NCBI RefSeq assembly: GCF_963921235.1
Contig: NC_086108.1
Span: 70,434,001-70,494,000 of the forward strand
Length of the DNA: 60,000 bases
Source: Mobula hypostoma
Taxonomy: Eukaryota
Reading direction: 5' to 3'
Each line of letters opens with the position of its first letter. Position 1 is the first letter of the stretch. Shown here piece by piece: positions 1-12,415 of the stretch. The notes beneath the pieces are model-generated. The model was not told the origin of the DNA. It searched no databases and was given only the letters and a program-made list of their open reading frames with translations. The position numbers and the translations under genes are program-made.

Positions 1-680
1 TAAGTTTTTCAACATTCGAAAGGTTTCAATGAGACCCCACCCCACCCCATCCTTCTAAATTCCAGCGAGCACAGATTCAGAGCCATCAAATGTTCCTTGT
101 CTGATAACCCTTTCATTCCCAGAATCATCCTTGTGAACCTCCTCTGAACCCTCTCCAATGCCAGCACATCTTTTCTGTGACGAGAAGCCCAAAACACTTC
201 ACAGTACTCAAGCTGAGGCCTCACCAGTGCCTTATATAGCCTCAGCACCACATCCCTGCTCTTGTATTCTAGACCTCTTGAAATGAATGCTAACATTGCA
301 TTTGCCTTCCTCACCACCGACTCAACCTGCAAGTTACCAATTAGGGTGTTCTACACAAGGACTCCCAAGTCCCTCTGCATCTCAGAATTTTGGATTTTCT
401 TCCCATTTAGAAAACAGTCTGCACATTTATTTCTTCTACCAAAGTACATGACCATGCATTTTCCAACATTGTATTTCATTTGCTATTTTCTTGCACATTC
501 TTCTAATCTGTCCAAGTCTTTTTGCAGCCTTCCAGTTTCCTCAACACTACGTGCCCCTCCACCAATCTTCATATTATCTGCAAACTTGGCAACAAAGCCA
601 TCTATTGCATCATCTATATCATTGGTATACAGCATAATAAGAAGTGGTGCCAACACCGACCCCTGTAGAACACCACGTCA
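1..680 (-). mobile_element. CR1 LINE ORF2 (RT C-terminal) fragment
   Basis: ORF 9..332 with KANAMLAFISRG..LYKALVRPQLEYC..LERVQRRFTRMI, typical of CR1. Confidence 0.9.
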
Positions 681-828
681 CTGTCAGCCTGATACTTATA
701 GATCTAACTTTTATCTGCTTTTATTGGAAGTATCACTTTATTACTGGAACTTCTGAAACATCAGACAGGTAGAGAAGAGCATTTTAATTACCTGCTTCAA
801 ATAGGACAATGATAATTTCTGCACTTAC

Positions 829-887
829 TTTGTAGTCTGAGCCACATTACCAAGATGTGTAAATTGTTTGGAATATGTCATACATTT
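829..887 (-). CDS. CC2D1B: CC2D1B exon (KCMTYSKQFTHLGNVAQTTK); gene continues past the window start
   Basis: atctag| ... |gtaagt, 59 nt, phase 0->2; KC...SKQF.H.GNVA.TT motif. Confidence 0.93.
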
Positions 888-956
888 CTAGATTTAAAAG
901 GAGAAAGATTTAATTATAAAGTATGAAAGGAAAAGATCATCAGGAAGGCACAAACT

Positions 957-978
957 ACACACACACACACACACACAC
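957..978. repeat. (CA)n microsatellite
   Basis: Seen directly. Confidence 0.95.
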
Positions 979-1278
979 GAGGGGTGATTGATATGTTCGT
1001 GGCCTAAGGTAGAAGGCGATGAGTTAATAATCAAAGAGTTGAACTGCACATGCATGTAACAAGAGAGCTGTATAACTCATCTCCTTCTACCTTAAGCCAC
1101 AAACTTACCAATCACCCCTGATGTGGACCACTTTCCGGAGGTCCAAGACACCAATTTCTATAAAGAAGGGATCCGTATGCTCCACGGCTGCTGGATTAAG
1201 TGTGTAAATATAGTAAAAATAAATGTGCTAGGTTTTCTAAAATTGACTCCTTCTACCTTAGGCCACAAACTTATCAAT
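978..1278 (+). mobile_element. Internally deleted mariner-like MITE
   Basis: TIR gaggggtgattgat...ggcctaaggtagaagg with inverted copies at ~1075-1119 and ~1246-1278. Mariner C-terminal remnant DHFPEVQDTNFYKEGIRMLHGCWIKCVN. Confidence 0.75.
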
Positions 1279-1280
1279 TA

Positions 1281-2852
1281 CAGGTGTCCCCCGCTTTTCG
1301 AACGTTCGCTTTACGAAACCTCACTGTTACGAAAGACCTGCATTAGTACCCTGTTTTCGCTTTCAGAAGGTGTTTTCACTGTTACGAAGAAAGGCAGCGC
1401 ACGATAAAAAATCAGCACGCGAAAAAATCAGTGCGCGATAAAAGGCAGCGCGCGCCCCGAGCAGCCACTCTCCCCTGGATTCAGAACGGCATTGCTTAAA
1501 CACGTTGCATTGAGCAGTCGTTAGCAAGATGAGTTCTAAGGTGTCGGAAAAGCCTGAAAGAGTAAGGGTGTTACACTTAGCATAAAACTAGACATAATTA
1601 AGCGTTTCGATCGTGGTGAATGAAGCAAGGACAAAGTGAGTTTGGCTTGTGGAAGCTGACGAAGATGATGTTGAAGAGGTTTTGGCATCCCATGACCAAG
1701 AACTGATAGATGAAGGGCTGATGCTTTTGGAAGAGGAAAGGATAACAATCGAAACCGAATGCAGAAAGTGAAGCAACTGCGTGAGATTTTTGCTGCAATG
1801 ATAAAGTACGACTTTCATTTTGAAAGGGTACGTAGGTTTAGGGGATATTTGCAGGATGGTTTGAAAGCTTACAAACAACTGTATGATAGAAAAATGCGCG
1901 AGGCTCAGCAGTCAAGCAAGTCTTCCACATCAGCCACAGCAGACGACGAACCTCGACCTTCAACATCAAGGCGGGCAGTCATAGGAGAAGATGAGCTGCC
2001 TGCCCTGATCGACGATGAGATGACACCCCCGTGTCCCACCACCCCAACACCCGGGCCCCGGACAGATACTGTACCGATTCGTGAAGAACGCAGCGGTAGC
2101 CGGGAGGCACACAGCACATCTTTAAGAAAAAAGCCGAAATAAACATGCTACTTAATTTGGTGCTGCCTGGCACGTAATTGTCGGCCCAGATCAGAGGCGA
2201 TGCAATTGGCAATCGCCTCTGATCTGCGCCGACATTTACGTGCCGGGCAGCACCTAATTAATTTTTCTTAAAGATGTGCTGGGTGCCTCCTGGCTACCGC
2301 TGCGTTCTTTGCGGCAATGTATCGGGTCGGCAGCCCAGAGGGTGGGGGCCACTGCACCACCCAGCCTGCGATGACTCAGTCTAACACACCATCATCAGTG
2401 TGCTCGGCGCTGTTTTCCCAATTCCGGTAAGTGATACTACACTGTACATACATTATTTCTACCTTATAGGCTGTGTGTTTTTATGTGTTATTTGGTAGAT
2501 TTGGCAGCTTCATAGTTTAAAGGTTACTGGAGAGCGCGTTTATGCCAACAGCGCTTGCGTGAGATTTTCGCTATGGAGATCTGTGCAGGCAATCATTGTA
2601 GAGAAGTATTTCTACTTTATATAGGCTGTGTATTTATCATATCATTCCTGCTTTTACTATATGTTACTGTTACTTTAGGTTTTATGTGTTATTTGGCATG
2701 ATTTGGTAGGGTATTTTTGGGTCTGCGAACGCTCACAAAATTTTCCCATATATACATATACAAAAATGGTAATTGCTTCTTCGCTTTACGACATTTCGGC
2801 TTATGAACTGTTTCATAGGAACGCTCTACCTTCGGATGGCAGGGGAAACCTG
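1281..2852 (+). mobile_element. Non-autonomous Tigger-like (pogo) DNA transposon
   Basis: TA|caggtgtcccccgc ... gcaggggaaacctg|TA imperfect TIRs. Transposase remnants KLDIIKRFDRGE and DVEEVLASHDQEL..., with no DDE core. Confidence 0.8.
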
Positions 2853-2855
<3 letters not shown>

Positions 2856-2899
<44 letters not shown>

Positions 2900-2920
2900 C
2901 ATACACACACACACACACAC
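2856..2920. repeat. (TG)n followed by (AC)n compound microsatellite
   Basis: Seen directly. Confidence 0.95.
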
Positions 2921-3107
2921 ATATCTACTATATATACATACACACCTATACCTACTATATATATATCCAAAATATATCTAATAATGGAATTACTGTATTA
3001 CAGCACAGAATTCTTCAATTCACCCCTCCAACCAAAGAGAATGCATTTGTTTTTAAAATGAAGTTAACATTCTGCATATAATGTGTCTTTATCATCATCT
3101 TTAGAGT

Positions 3108-3426
3108 TTAGAAAAATGAGAGGTTTTCTCACCGAATTGTACAAAATTGCCATTGTTGCTGACAATTTGTAACTCATCCTCTGGTCGTGGGGGAGACAGG
3201 TATTGTACTTCACAAGGCAAAATTTAGACATACATATAATATGCTATAAAATACTGTAAAAAACATTAGAAAAATGAGAGGTTTTCTCACCAAATTGTAC
3301 AAAATTGCCATTGTTGCTGACAATTTGTAACTCATCCTCTGGTCGTGGGGGAGACAGGTATTGTACTTCACAAGGCAAAACTTAGACATACATATAATAT
3401 GCTATAAAATACTGTAAAAAACATTA
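3108..3426. repeat. 158-bp tandem duplication, 2 copies
   Basis: 3108-3265 repeated at 3266-3423 with 2 substitutions by manual comparison. Confidence 0.95.
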
Positions 3427-3459
3427 CGTATGCACTTCACAGTACATGACATCAAATAC

Positions 3460-3591
3460 CTCATGCTGTTCTTTCAGAAGGTTTATAAGGTGTGTGTATA
3501 CTTCATCTATCTTTGCCGAAATCTGCACATCTTTATGATGCACTATTATAAAGTCATTGTCATTTTGCTCATCCTCAGGGGGGGAAGGAAC
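3460..3591 (-). CDS. CC2D1B: CC2D1B exon (VPSPPEDEQNDNDFIIVHHKDVQISAKIDEVYTHLINLLKEQHE)
   Basis: ttttcag| ... gag|gtattt, 132 nt. VPSP...DFI.IHH.D...S.K..EVY favours CC2D1B over CC2D1A. Confidence 0.94.
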
Positions 3592-4086
3592 CTGAAAAGA
3601 GGAAGAAATATAAAACACATACTCTCAATGTCCATGGTTGCATATGTGCCTTCAAAAGAAAATACAGGCTTTCCCTGGGATACAAATGCCTGACTTACGG
3701 ACATCCCTACATATGAACAAACTTCCATATTAAAATATCCAATGACATACATACAAAGACTAGGTTCTACAAACAACAGAATTAGCTCCCCACCCACTTT
3801 CACCCCACCTCCCATTTGTAGTAATTATTTTCCCTTGTCAATCTCGGCTTTTGACGCCATTCGTCACAATACTGTGGAGGTATGGTTACCGTATCAAGTG
3901 TCTTCTGTGCATTTTCAACCTCTGCCCAAAGTCAGTCTTCAGAGTCAAAATAAATAGAGCTTGCTTGTTACCCAGGGACAGCCTGTACACTTGATAACAA
4001 GACTGTCATTTTACAGTTTATGACTATCTTTGTAATCCCCTCTTTTTTCCTTCAACACCGTCGTTCCTGTAGAACACCATTACACT

Positions 4087-5880
4087 ACAAGACCATGAGA
4101 TATAGGAACAGAATCAGGCCATTCGGCCCATCTGGGCTGCTCTGCCATTTCATCACGGCTGATCCGGTTTTCCTCTCAGCTCTGATCTCCCACCTTCTCC
4201 CTGTACCCCTTCAAGCCCTGACCAATCAAGAATTTATCAACCTCTGTCTTAAATATACATACAGACTTGGGCTCCAAAGCCACCTGTAGCAATAAATTTG
4301 ACAGATTCACCACTCTCTGGCTAAAGAAATGTCTCCTCATCTCCATCCTAAAAGGATGCCCCTTTATTCTGAGGCTGCATTCCCTGGTCCTAGACTCTCA
4401 CACCACAGGAAACATTCTTTCCACATCCACTCTATCAAGACCTTGCAACATTCGATAGGTTTCAATGAGGTCACCCCCCCATTCTTCTGAATTCCAGTGA
4501 ATACAGGCCCAGAGTCATCAAATGCTCTTCACAAGACGAGCTGTTTAATTCTGTAATTATTTTTGTGAACCTCCTTTGAACCCTCTCCACTGTCCACACA
4601 TCCTTTCTAAGGGGCCGAAAATTGCTGACAATACTCCGTGAGGCCTCACCTGTGGTTTATGAAGTCTCAAAATTACATCCTTGCTTTTATATTCTAGTCC
4701 TCCTGAAATGAATGCTAATGTTATGTTTGCCTTCCTCACCACAGACTCAACCTGCAAATTAACCCTTAGGGAATCCTGCACAAGGACTCCCAAATCCCTT
4801 TGCACCTGAGACTTTTGAATTTTCCCTCCATTTGGAAAATAGTCTACCCTTTTATTTCTTCTACCAAAGTGTATAACCGTAAACTTCCAGACACTATATT
4901 CCATCTGCCACTTCTTTGGCCATTCTCCTAATCTGTCCTTCTGTATCCTCTCTACTTCCTCAAACCTGCCTGCCCCTTAACCTATCTTCATTTCATTCGC
5001 AAACTTTGCAACAAAGCCGTCAGTTCCATCATCCAAGATATTGACATATAATACAAAAAGAATCGGTCCCAACACAGACCCCTGTGGAACACAAGAAGTT
5101 ACTGGCAGCCAAACAGAAAAGGCTCCCTTTATTCCCACTCTTTGTCTCCTGCCAATCAGCCACTGTTTTATCTATGCTTGAAGCTTCCCTGAAATACCAT
5201 GGGCTCTTAACTTGTTAAGCAGCCTCATGTGTGGCACCTTCTCAAAGGCCTTCTGAAAATCCAAGTACACAATACCAACGGATTATCCTTCGTCTATCCT
5301 GCTTGTTATTTCTTCAAAGACTTCCAAAACATTTGTCAGACAAGATATTTCCTTGAGAAAAGATGCTAAGGTCTACTTTATCATGTACCTCCAAGTACCC
5401 TGAGACCTCATCCTTAATAATCGACTCCAACATCTTGCCAACCACAGAGGTCAGGCTAACTGGCCTATAATATTCTTTTTTCCACCTCTCTCCATTCTTG
5501 AAGAGTGGAGTGACATTTGCAATTTTGCAGTCTTCCAGAACTATTCCAGAACCTAGTGATTTTGAAAGATCATTACCAATGCCTCCACAATCCCTTCAGC
5601 CACCTCCTTCAGAACCCTGGGGTGTACACCATCTGGTCCAGGTGACTTATCTACCTTCAGACCTTTCAGATACCCAAGAACCATTCCCCTCGTAATGGCA
5701 CCTTCACACATTTCAGAACCAACAGTCTGGAACTTCCCAAACTGCTAGAATCTTCCACAGTGAAGACTGATGCAAAATACTTATTCAGTTCGTCTGCCAT
5801 TTCTTTGTCCTCATTACTACCTCCCCAGCATCACTTTCCAGTGGTCCAATATCCTCTCTCGCCTCTCTTTTACACATGAT
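4087..5880 (-). mobile_element. CR1 LINE 3' fragment, degenerate
   Basis: RT remnants in ORF 4557..4904 and a CR1 3' tail. Confidence 0.88.
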
Positions 5881-6949
5881 GTACCTGAAGAAAGAACACA
5901 TTCACCTGCAGCCTATGAAAAAGTCTTTACAGCACTTTACTGGGATGAAAAGGCTGACTGACTTCCAGAGGGAACAAAAACAAAGAGAAGTTAAAAAAGA
6001 GAGAGCAATCTTTACCCTAAGTGTTTCAAAGCATAGAGAATTATGAGATCAGAGCAGAAATCATCTGCTCTGAAAATGGAAGATATAGAAGCCATGCAGA
6101 AACCTAAATGCAGCCACAGGTGATCACTGTAATGATTGGAAATGAATAAGCAAAGTGCTATAATTTCATGAAGGCATTTTGAATATAATGTTTGGGATCC
6201 TGAAATCATTTTGCTTTCACATATTGCCAGTGAAATAGAGTGAAGGTAAAATTATCATTATGTCGGAATCTTGTAGAGGTTTTGTGCCACAGCATCTTAA
6301 ACCACATGAATTTGTAGGGCAGATGTGATACAAGTCTCAGAAAAAGCGATTGTCCTAATCATAAACTGACGAGAGTAATGGTAGTTGTAGACAAGCCAGA
6401 AGGTAAAATTTTAAATGGTAGTTTTCATGATGAGAGTTAAAAGTTGAATTCAAGTTCAAGGACAGTAATGTTGGCCCATCAGGTTTAATTTGTAAATGAT
6501 TGCCAGAAATAAATGCTGGCAAGTGCCAAAAAAAGATAACTTTACTTGTATTAATAATGGGTTGTAATATGACTGAATGATGTTAGTCAGGCAAAATCTT
6601 AGTCCTGCAGGACTCGTGAGAGAGAATACTGAGCAGAGACAGAGTGGTAGGAAGTGCATTTCTGCAGGTGCTGTCAAGCACGGAACCAAAGGTATAAATC
6701 TGGGTGTATGTTTCACATGAATTGTCCCTTGCATAAAGTAATTAAATTTAAACTGATGGTGAATCTTCACTCCTGTGAGACCGAAAATATTTGGACTTTA
6801 CTTATTCATTACTTGAACTCTGTGCTAGTTCACATTTAAAATCACATAGTTTTATAGTATGCAAACAATCCCTTCGGTCCAACTAGTCCATGTACCTGTC
6901 TAAGCATTTTGTAAATGTAGCTAATGGACCTGCCCCAACCTCTTTCTCT

Positions 6950-7190
6950 GCTCCCTTTAGACCAGTGATGAGGATGAATTTCTTTAGCCAAAGTATGGTG
7001 AATCTGTGGAATTCATTGCCACAGGTGCCTGTGAGACCAAGACATTGGGTATATTTAAAGCAGAGATTGATAGGTTCTTGATTAGTAAGGGTGTCAAAGA
7101 TTATGGGGAAAAGACAGGAGAATGGAGTTGAGAGGGATAATAAATCAGACTCATTGGGCCAAATAGCCTAATTCTGCTGCTATGCATTAG
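6950..7190 (+). mobile_element. CR1 3' end fragment
   Basis: MR.NFFSQ..VNLWNSLP motif and 3' tail. Confidence 0.8.
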
Positions 7191-7844
7191 GGCTCTGGCA
7201 ATTTAATTGGTTGGGATTCATCAGGGCAAACCTTACTTCTGTGTATTCTGGATCTGGTTGATGAGATTCTGCATAGCACCAGGATCTTGCATGATGTACG
7301 TAGTTACAGAGGTGGGCCAAAATAAGCCTCACCAACTAAACTGCTCAGACAACATGGACAAATAGCCAAGTCCAATCTTTGTCACACAGCTATTTTTCAA
7401 AAATAACAAAAAATGATGTAATTTAATGTTTTTTAAGTTAATAAAAATTGGCTTACTTAAAAACATTTACTAGTATTATTAATACAAGATTGAAAGAGGC
7501 ATCCATTAATATCCTCATATTCTTCTCTTACTGTATTCCTGCCACTGCCATTAGTAATTGATTTCCTTTCTTACTGAATTATTTTGGTATTCCATTTCCA
7601 TGCCTGCTCTATATTCCCTTCCTTGTTCATATCCCTTACTTCCCTGCAGCCTAACAACTTTTTCTCTCAATACTCATTTCTTTTCCACCAAGGGGGTACC
7701 ATACCTACCAACACATTTTTAACAAATCAGAGGAAACTGGTCTACGTGCTCATGGGAAGAATGTGCAAACTCCACATTAACAGCACCCCAGATTATCATT
7801 AACTTTTGTTTATTTTTGGGCTCCATCAACCCACTTTGCTGTTT

Positions 7845-8020
7845 GTAAACTGCTGGAGAAACTCAGTGGACTAAGTGGACCAGCATCTGTCGAAGCAGAG
7901 GGTCATATGACGCAGGAAATGCTGACCATCTTGACTGCACACACGTTGCTCAGCCCACCAAGGCCCTCCAACAGTTTATTTTCTGCTCCAGATTCCAGCA
8001 TCTGTAGTCCTTGGTATCTC
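7845..8020. mobile_element. Old Penelope-like 3' tail remnant with an inverted piece
   Basis: tgctggagaaactcag..cagcatctg in reverse, then ...ccagattccagcatctgtag; same tail as the other PLE copies here. Confidence 0.5.
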
Positions 8021-8381
8021 CACTTCACAGTCTATCCCAATAATCAGAATTCCTTTTGTGCTTGGCATTACCTGCACACTTAGCTTTGATGTAGCAAAAT
8101 GCCCATGTCCATAGAACAGGAAGGGACGTGGAAACAGAATGTTTTGCGATGACAAATGCCTAATCAAAGAAAATGCTTTTAAGAAAGGTCTTTAATGTGG
8201 AAGGCAAAGAATTGGCAGAATTTAATCACTTAATGGTATCTAAGCCATGGAACACAGAACAATGGCTAGGATGAGGATAAATACCGCATCTTTTGCCTCA
8301 CGATCACAAAATATGCCAGCAAAGGCACGAGCATGAAGACAAGAAGTTCATCTACCAAATTGGCATTCAGCTTTACTTCAC

Positions 8382-8554
8382 CTTTGAGATATCAATTGGT
8401 TTCCCATTTTGGACAGCCAGAATCAGTGGGTCAAAGCCTTTGGCAGTCCTAAAAAAATGCTTTGCTTGTTCCAGGTTGTTCTTCTGCTTTGCCTGCAAAG
8501 CAGCTTTCATGTATTGCTTCTTCCGATTCTCAAGAAATTCCATTTGTTGCTGGG
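8382..8554 (-). CDS. CC2D1B: CC2D1B exon, DM14 repeat 4 (QQQMEFLENRKKQYMKAALQAKQKNNLEQAKHFFRTAKGFDPLILAVQNGKPIDISK)
   Basis: ctgtctttcag| ... aag|gtgaag, 173 nt, phase 1->0; DM14 motif. Confidence 0.95.
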
Positions 8555-8699
8555 CTGAAAGACAGCAGAGAGAGTGATCAGATGAAATATTACAGAACTG
8601 AGAATTACTGGTGTCTAGTTCAGTGGTACTATGACTGCCGATGAAAAGTAAAACTTTAAAATCTTCATTCAAACTTTATTCTATTTATTTTAGTTTATC

Positions 8700-8925
8700 T
8701 AGAAATACAGCACAGTCACAGGCACTTTCTGCCTCAAGGAGCCCATGCCACCCATACAACCAATTAATCTTCTAACCCCAACAAGGGAGGAATCTGGAGC
8801 ACCCAGAGGAAACCCATGCGGTTACAGGGAGAACGGACAGACTCCTTACAGACAGTGGAGGAATTGAATCCAGGCCACTGGCAGTGTCATCACATTACAC
8901 TAACCACTACACTACCACACTGCCC
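8700..8925 (-). mobile_element. tRNA-derived V-SINE (HE1-like)
   Basis: A/B-box-like head and V-domain-like tgggtttcctctgggtgctcc on the minus strand. Confidence 0.7.
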
Positions 8926-9023
8926 CAGTTCTTGTGGACTTTTTGGAAAGTCTACTGAACAATATGTCAAAACTATATACACTTTAAAATTATGCTGCTG
9001 GAGTGAATGAAGAGAAAATATAC

Positions 9024-9207
9024 TGATTATATTTTGTTGACTTTGCTGAACCAGGTTATCCTTTGACGTTGGCTTCGGAATGGGTTTTGGGGAGTGCCTT
9101 TCCTCAGCTGCAGCTGACAAGGTCGGAGGTGCCTGCTCTACATCGTCGAGGAGTTTTGCAGGTCTCTTTGCAACTGGAGGTTGAGCAGCAGACGGAGGAG
9201 TTCCAGT
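9024..9207 (-). CDS. CC2D1B: CC2D1B Pro/Ala-rich linker exon (TGTPPSAAQPPVAKRPAKLLDDVEQAPP...)
   Basis: ttcccttag| acceptor and open frame. Donor uncertain: exon ends at 9024 (|gtatat) or 9042 (|gtcaac), both phase 1. Confidence 0.72.
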
Positions 9208-9429
9208 CTAAGGGAAACCACACAAACTTCGTTAAGTGCTCAGGTTCACTACAAAGCAAATGATTGTCAATTCATTTCTACCAAATGAGCAAATTAATAT
9301 CTCAAATGAAATGAAAAAATGCAGAATTTTTAAACCCTGTCTAATCCATGCCTCTGCACATCAAAATCTGAATACATAGAATATCTATTCAAATTGAGGT
9401 CTGAGTCACCTTTGGATTTTCTATACATA

Positions 9430-10850
9430 GAACATAAAACAATAAACACAGAGACAGGGCCATCAAGCCACAATGTTGTGGCAAATTAATTAAACTAATG
9501 GTGCTGAATGAAGCTAATCCCTTCTGTGAGCACAGGGTCTATAGCCCAAGAACTTAGACTATAAGACATAGGAGAAGAAGTAGGCCATTTGACCTTTTGA
9601 GTCTGTTCCACCATTCTGTCATGGCTGGTTTATTATTCCTCTTAACCACATGCTCCTGCCTTCTCCCCTTAACCTTTGATGCTCTGACTAATCAAGAATC
9701 TATCAACATCTGCTTTAAATATGCCCAATGACTTGAGCTCCACAGCCAACCCCGGGAAAGGATTCCATCGATTCACCATGCTATGGCTCAAGAAATTCCT
9801 CCTCACCTCTGTTCTAAAGGGACATCCTTCTGTTCTGAGGCTGTGCCCTCTGGCCTAGACTCCCCCACTACAGGAGACATCCTCTCTATATCCACTCTAT
9901 TTAGGAGTTTCAATGAGATTTCCCCCCCCCCACCTCATTCTTCTAAACTCCAATAAGTATAGGCCAAGAGCCATCAAACACTCATCACATGTTAACCCTT
10001 TCGTTTCTGGAATCATTCTCATGAACCACCTCTGGATCCTCTCCAATGCCAGCACATCCTTTCTTAGAAAAGGAACCCAAAACTGCCCACAATATTCCAA
10101 ATGCACTCTGACCAATGCCTTATTAAGCGTCAGCATTACATCCTTGCTTTTATATTCTAGCCCTCTTGAAACGAATGTTAACACTGCATATCACGTGCCT
10201 GTCCAAGAGACTCTTAAATACCTCTACTGCATCCACCTCCACTACCAGTCCTGGCAGCACAATCTAGGCACACACCATTCTGCAAACAAAAACTTGCCCG
10301 CACATCTCTTTTGAACTTTCATGCTCTCACCTTAAATGCATGCCCTCGAGTATTTGACATTTCAACCCTAGGAAAAAGATACTGGCTATCTATTCCATCT
10401 ATGCCTCTTATAACATTCTATCAGATCTGTCTCTGCCACTCCAGATAAAACAACCCCAGTTTGTCCTACGTCTCTTTTTGGCACATGCCTCTAATTCAAG
10501 CAGCACCCTAGTAAACCTCTTCTAAACCTTCTCCAAAACCTCTGCATCCTTCCTATAATGGAAAATTTTATAAAGCTGCAACATAGGTTCCTGACCTGTT
10601 AACTCAACCCAGATTAAACTCCCTCTCCCATTTCTCCACCCATATGTGTAAACATCCCACTGTGTTCTTTGACAATCTTCAATCTTCAACACTATCCGCT
10701 AACACCACCAATCCTTGTGTCATCAGCAAATTTACTAACATATCCATCCAAGTCATCTACACATACCACAAGCAGCAGAGGCCTTTGAGTGGATCCCTGC
10801 AGAACACCACTCATCATGGACCTCCAGCCAGAATTGTACCCATTGACCAA
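9430..10850 (-). mobile_element. Nested or adjacent CR1 fragments
   Basis: ORF 9897..10184 has CR1 RT C-terminal motifs; two CR1 3' tails are present. Confidence 0.8.
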
Positions 10851-11159
10851 TACATGTTTCAGTTTAAATAATTCTCAAGTTAACAATTCAAAATTCTGCA
10901 CAAAATCTACACTTAATGCATGTACAAGCAATCAAGTCTCGTGATCAAAAAGAAATTCTAAAACTAGATGCTTCTTCCAGTTAACTAAGCTGCTTTATTC
11001 TCAGGACTTACAGTTGACAAAACTGACATTTTTTGCATATTCTACCTCAAATAACCCATTAACAGTACTGAAATTACATATACTCATGTGAAACTGGAAG
11101 AACCATAGCCTTAACAACTTTTAAGTCTCTTAAATGAGGCATAAATCAAGTAATCTCCT

Positions 11160-12415
11160 CTAAGTCTTTTCTAGCTGTATCACTGTCTGGTATGGAAATT
11201 GCAAGGCATCTAACCACAAGATTGTGAGGATTGCTGAGAGAATCACCAGGGTCTCTCCCTCGTTCCCCCCCCCAACCCCCACCCATCCAGGACATACACC
11301 AGAAGTGCTGCCTTTGCAGAGCCCTCAGCATTGTCAAGGACCCCCCCCCCGCCCCCATTCATCGCACAATCCCTTTGACCACCAACTGCCAAGCAGCAGG
11401 TAATGCAGTGTAAGAACAAGGACTGTTAGGCTGAGTAACACCTTCTCCTCCTGGCACATGAAACCTCTGAACACCCTGCACACAGTATTTATGACAGCGT
11501 CAGTAGCAGTAATACCACTTTGTCAACTAGTACCTCTATAGAATACTTTCGTTTAACCTGTGTTACTATTATTTTATGTGCTGTATGTACTGTGCTTTGG
11601 ACCTTGGTTCCTGAGGAACACTGTTTTGTTTAGCTGTATACATGTAAAGGGTTGAATGGCGATAAACTTAAACTTGAATGAGATTCTTCTTATACAGCTG
11701 CATTCAAGGACCAGTTATTTAAATGGGCAACATAAAAGCACTAAGGCCATACTGGAACCTCAAAGTTCAAAGGAAGTTTCAGAATCAGGTTTAGTATCGC
11801 CAGCATATGTCGTGAAATTCGCTAACTTTACAGTAAGTATGCATCTATTAAAATGGTTAAGTTAAACATAAGTAGTGCAAATAAAAAAACAAATTAAAAG
11901 AAAACAGAAAGTTAGTGTTCATGGGTTCAGTGTTCATTTAGAAATAGGATGGCAGAGGGGAAGAAGCTGTTCCTGAATCATTGAGTGTGTGCCTTCAGGC
12001 TCCTGTATCTCCTTTCTAACGGTAAAAGGACATGTCTTGAGTAGTGGTGGTCCCTAATGATGGACACCATCTTCCTAAGGCACTACTCCTTGGATACTAA
12101 GGAGGTTGGTATGCATGATGGAGCTGTTTAACTTCACAAAATTTCTGCAACTTACTTCAATCTTGTGTAGTAGCGCTCCCCCCACACCCCCCGCCCTCAT
12201 ACCAGATGGTGATACAGCCAGTCAGAATGCTCTCCACGGTATATTTGTAGAAGTTTTCAAGTGCTTTGGTTGACAAACCAAATCTTTTCAAACTCCAAAT
12301 GAAATATAGCCGCTGTCTAACTTCTTTATAGCTGCATCAACATGTTGTGTCCAGGTTAGGTCCTCAGAGATCTTGCCACCTAGGAACTTGAAATTGCACA
12401 CTCTCTCCACTTCTG
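11160..12415. mobile_element. Two Rex/Babar-type LINE 3' fragments (+ ~11160-11680; - ~11780-12415)
   Basis: Similar to the Rex/Babar 3' ends at 41-47 kb (ggcacacactcagcgattcaggaacagcttc motif). Confidence 0.65.

Noticed and set aside
2689..3081. Several overlapping ORFs with VCVC/HTHT runs
   Set aside because: Translations of microsatellites.
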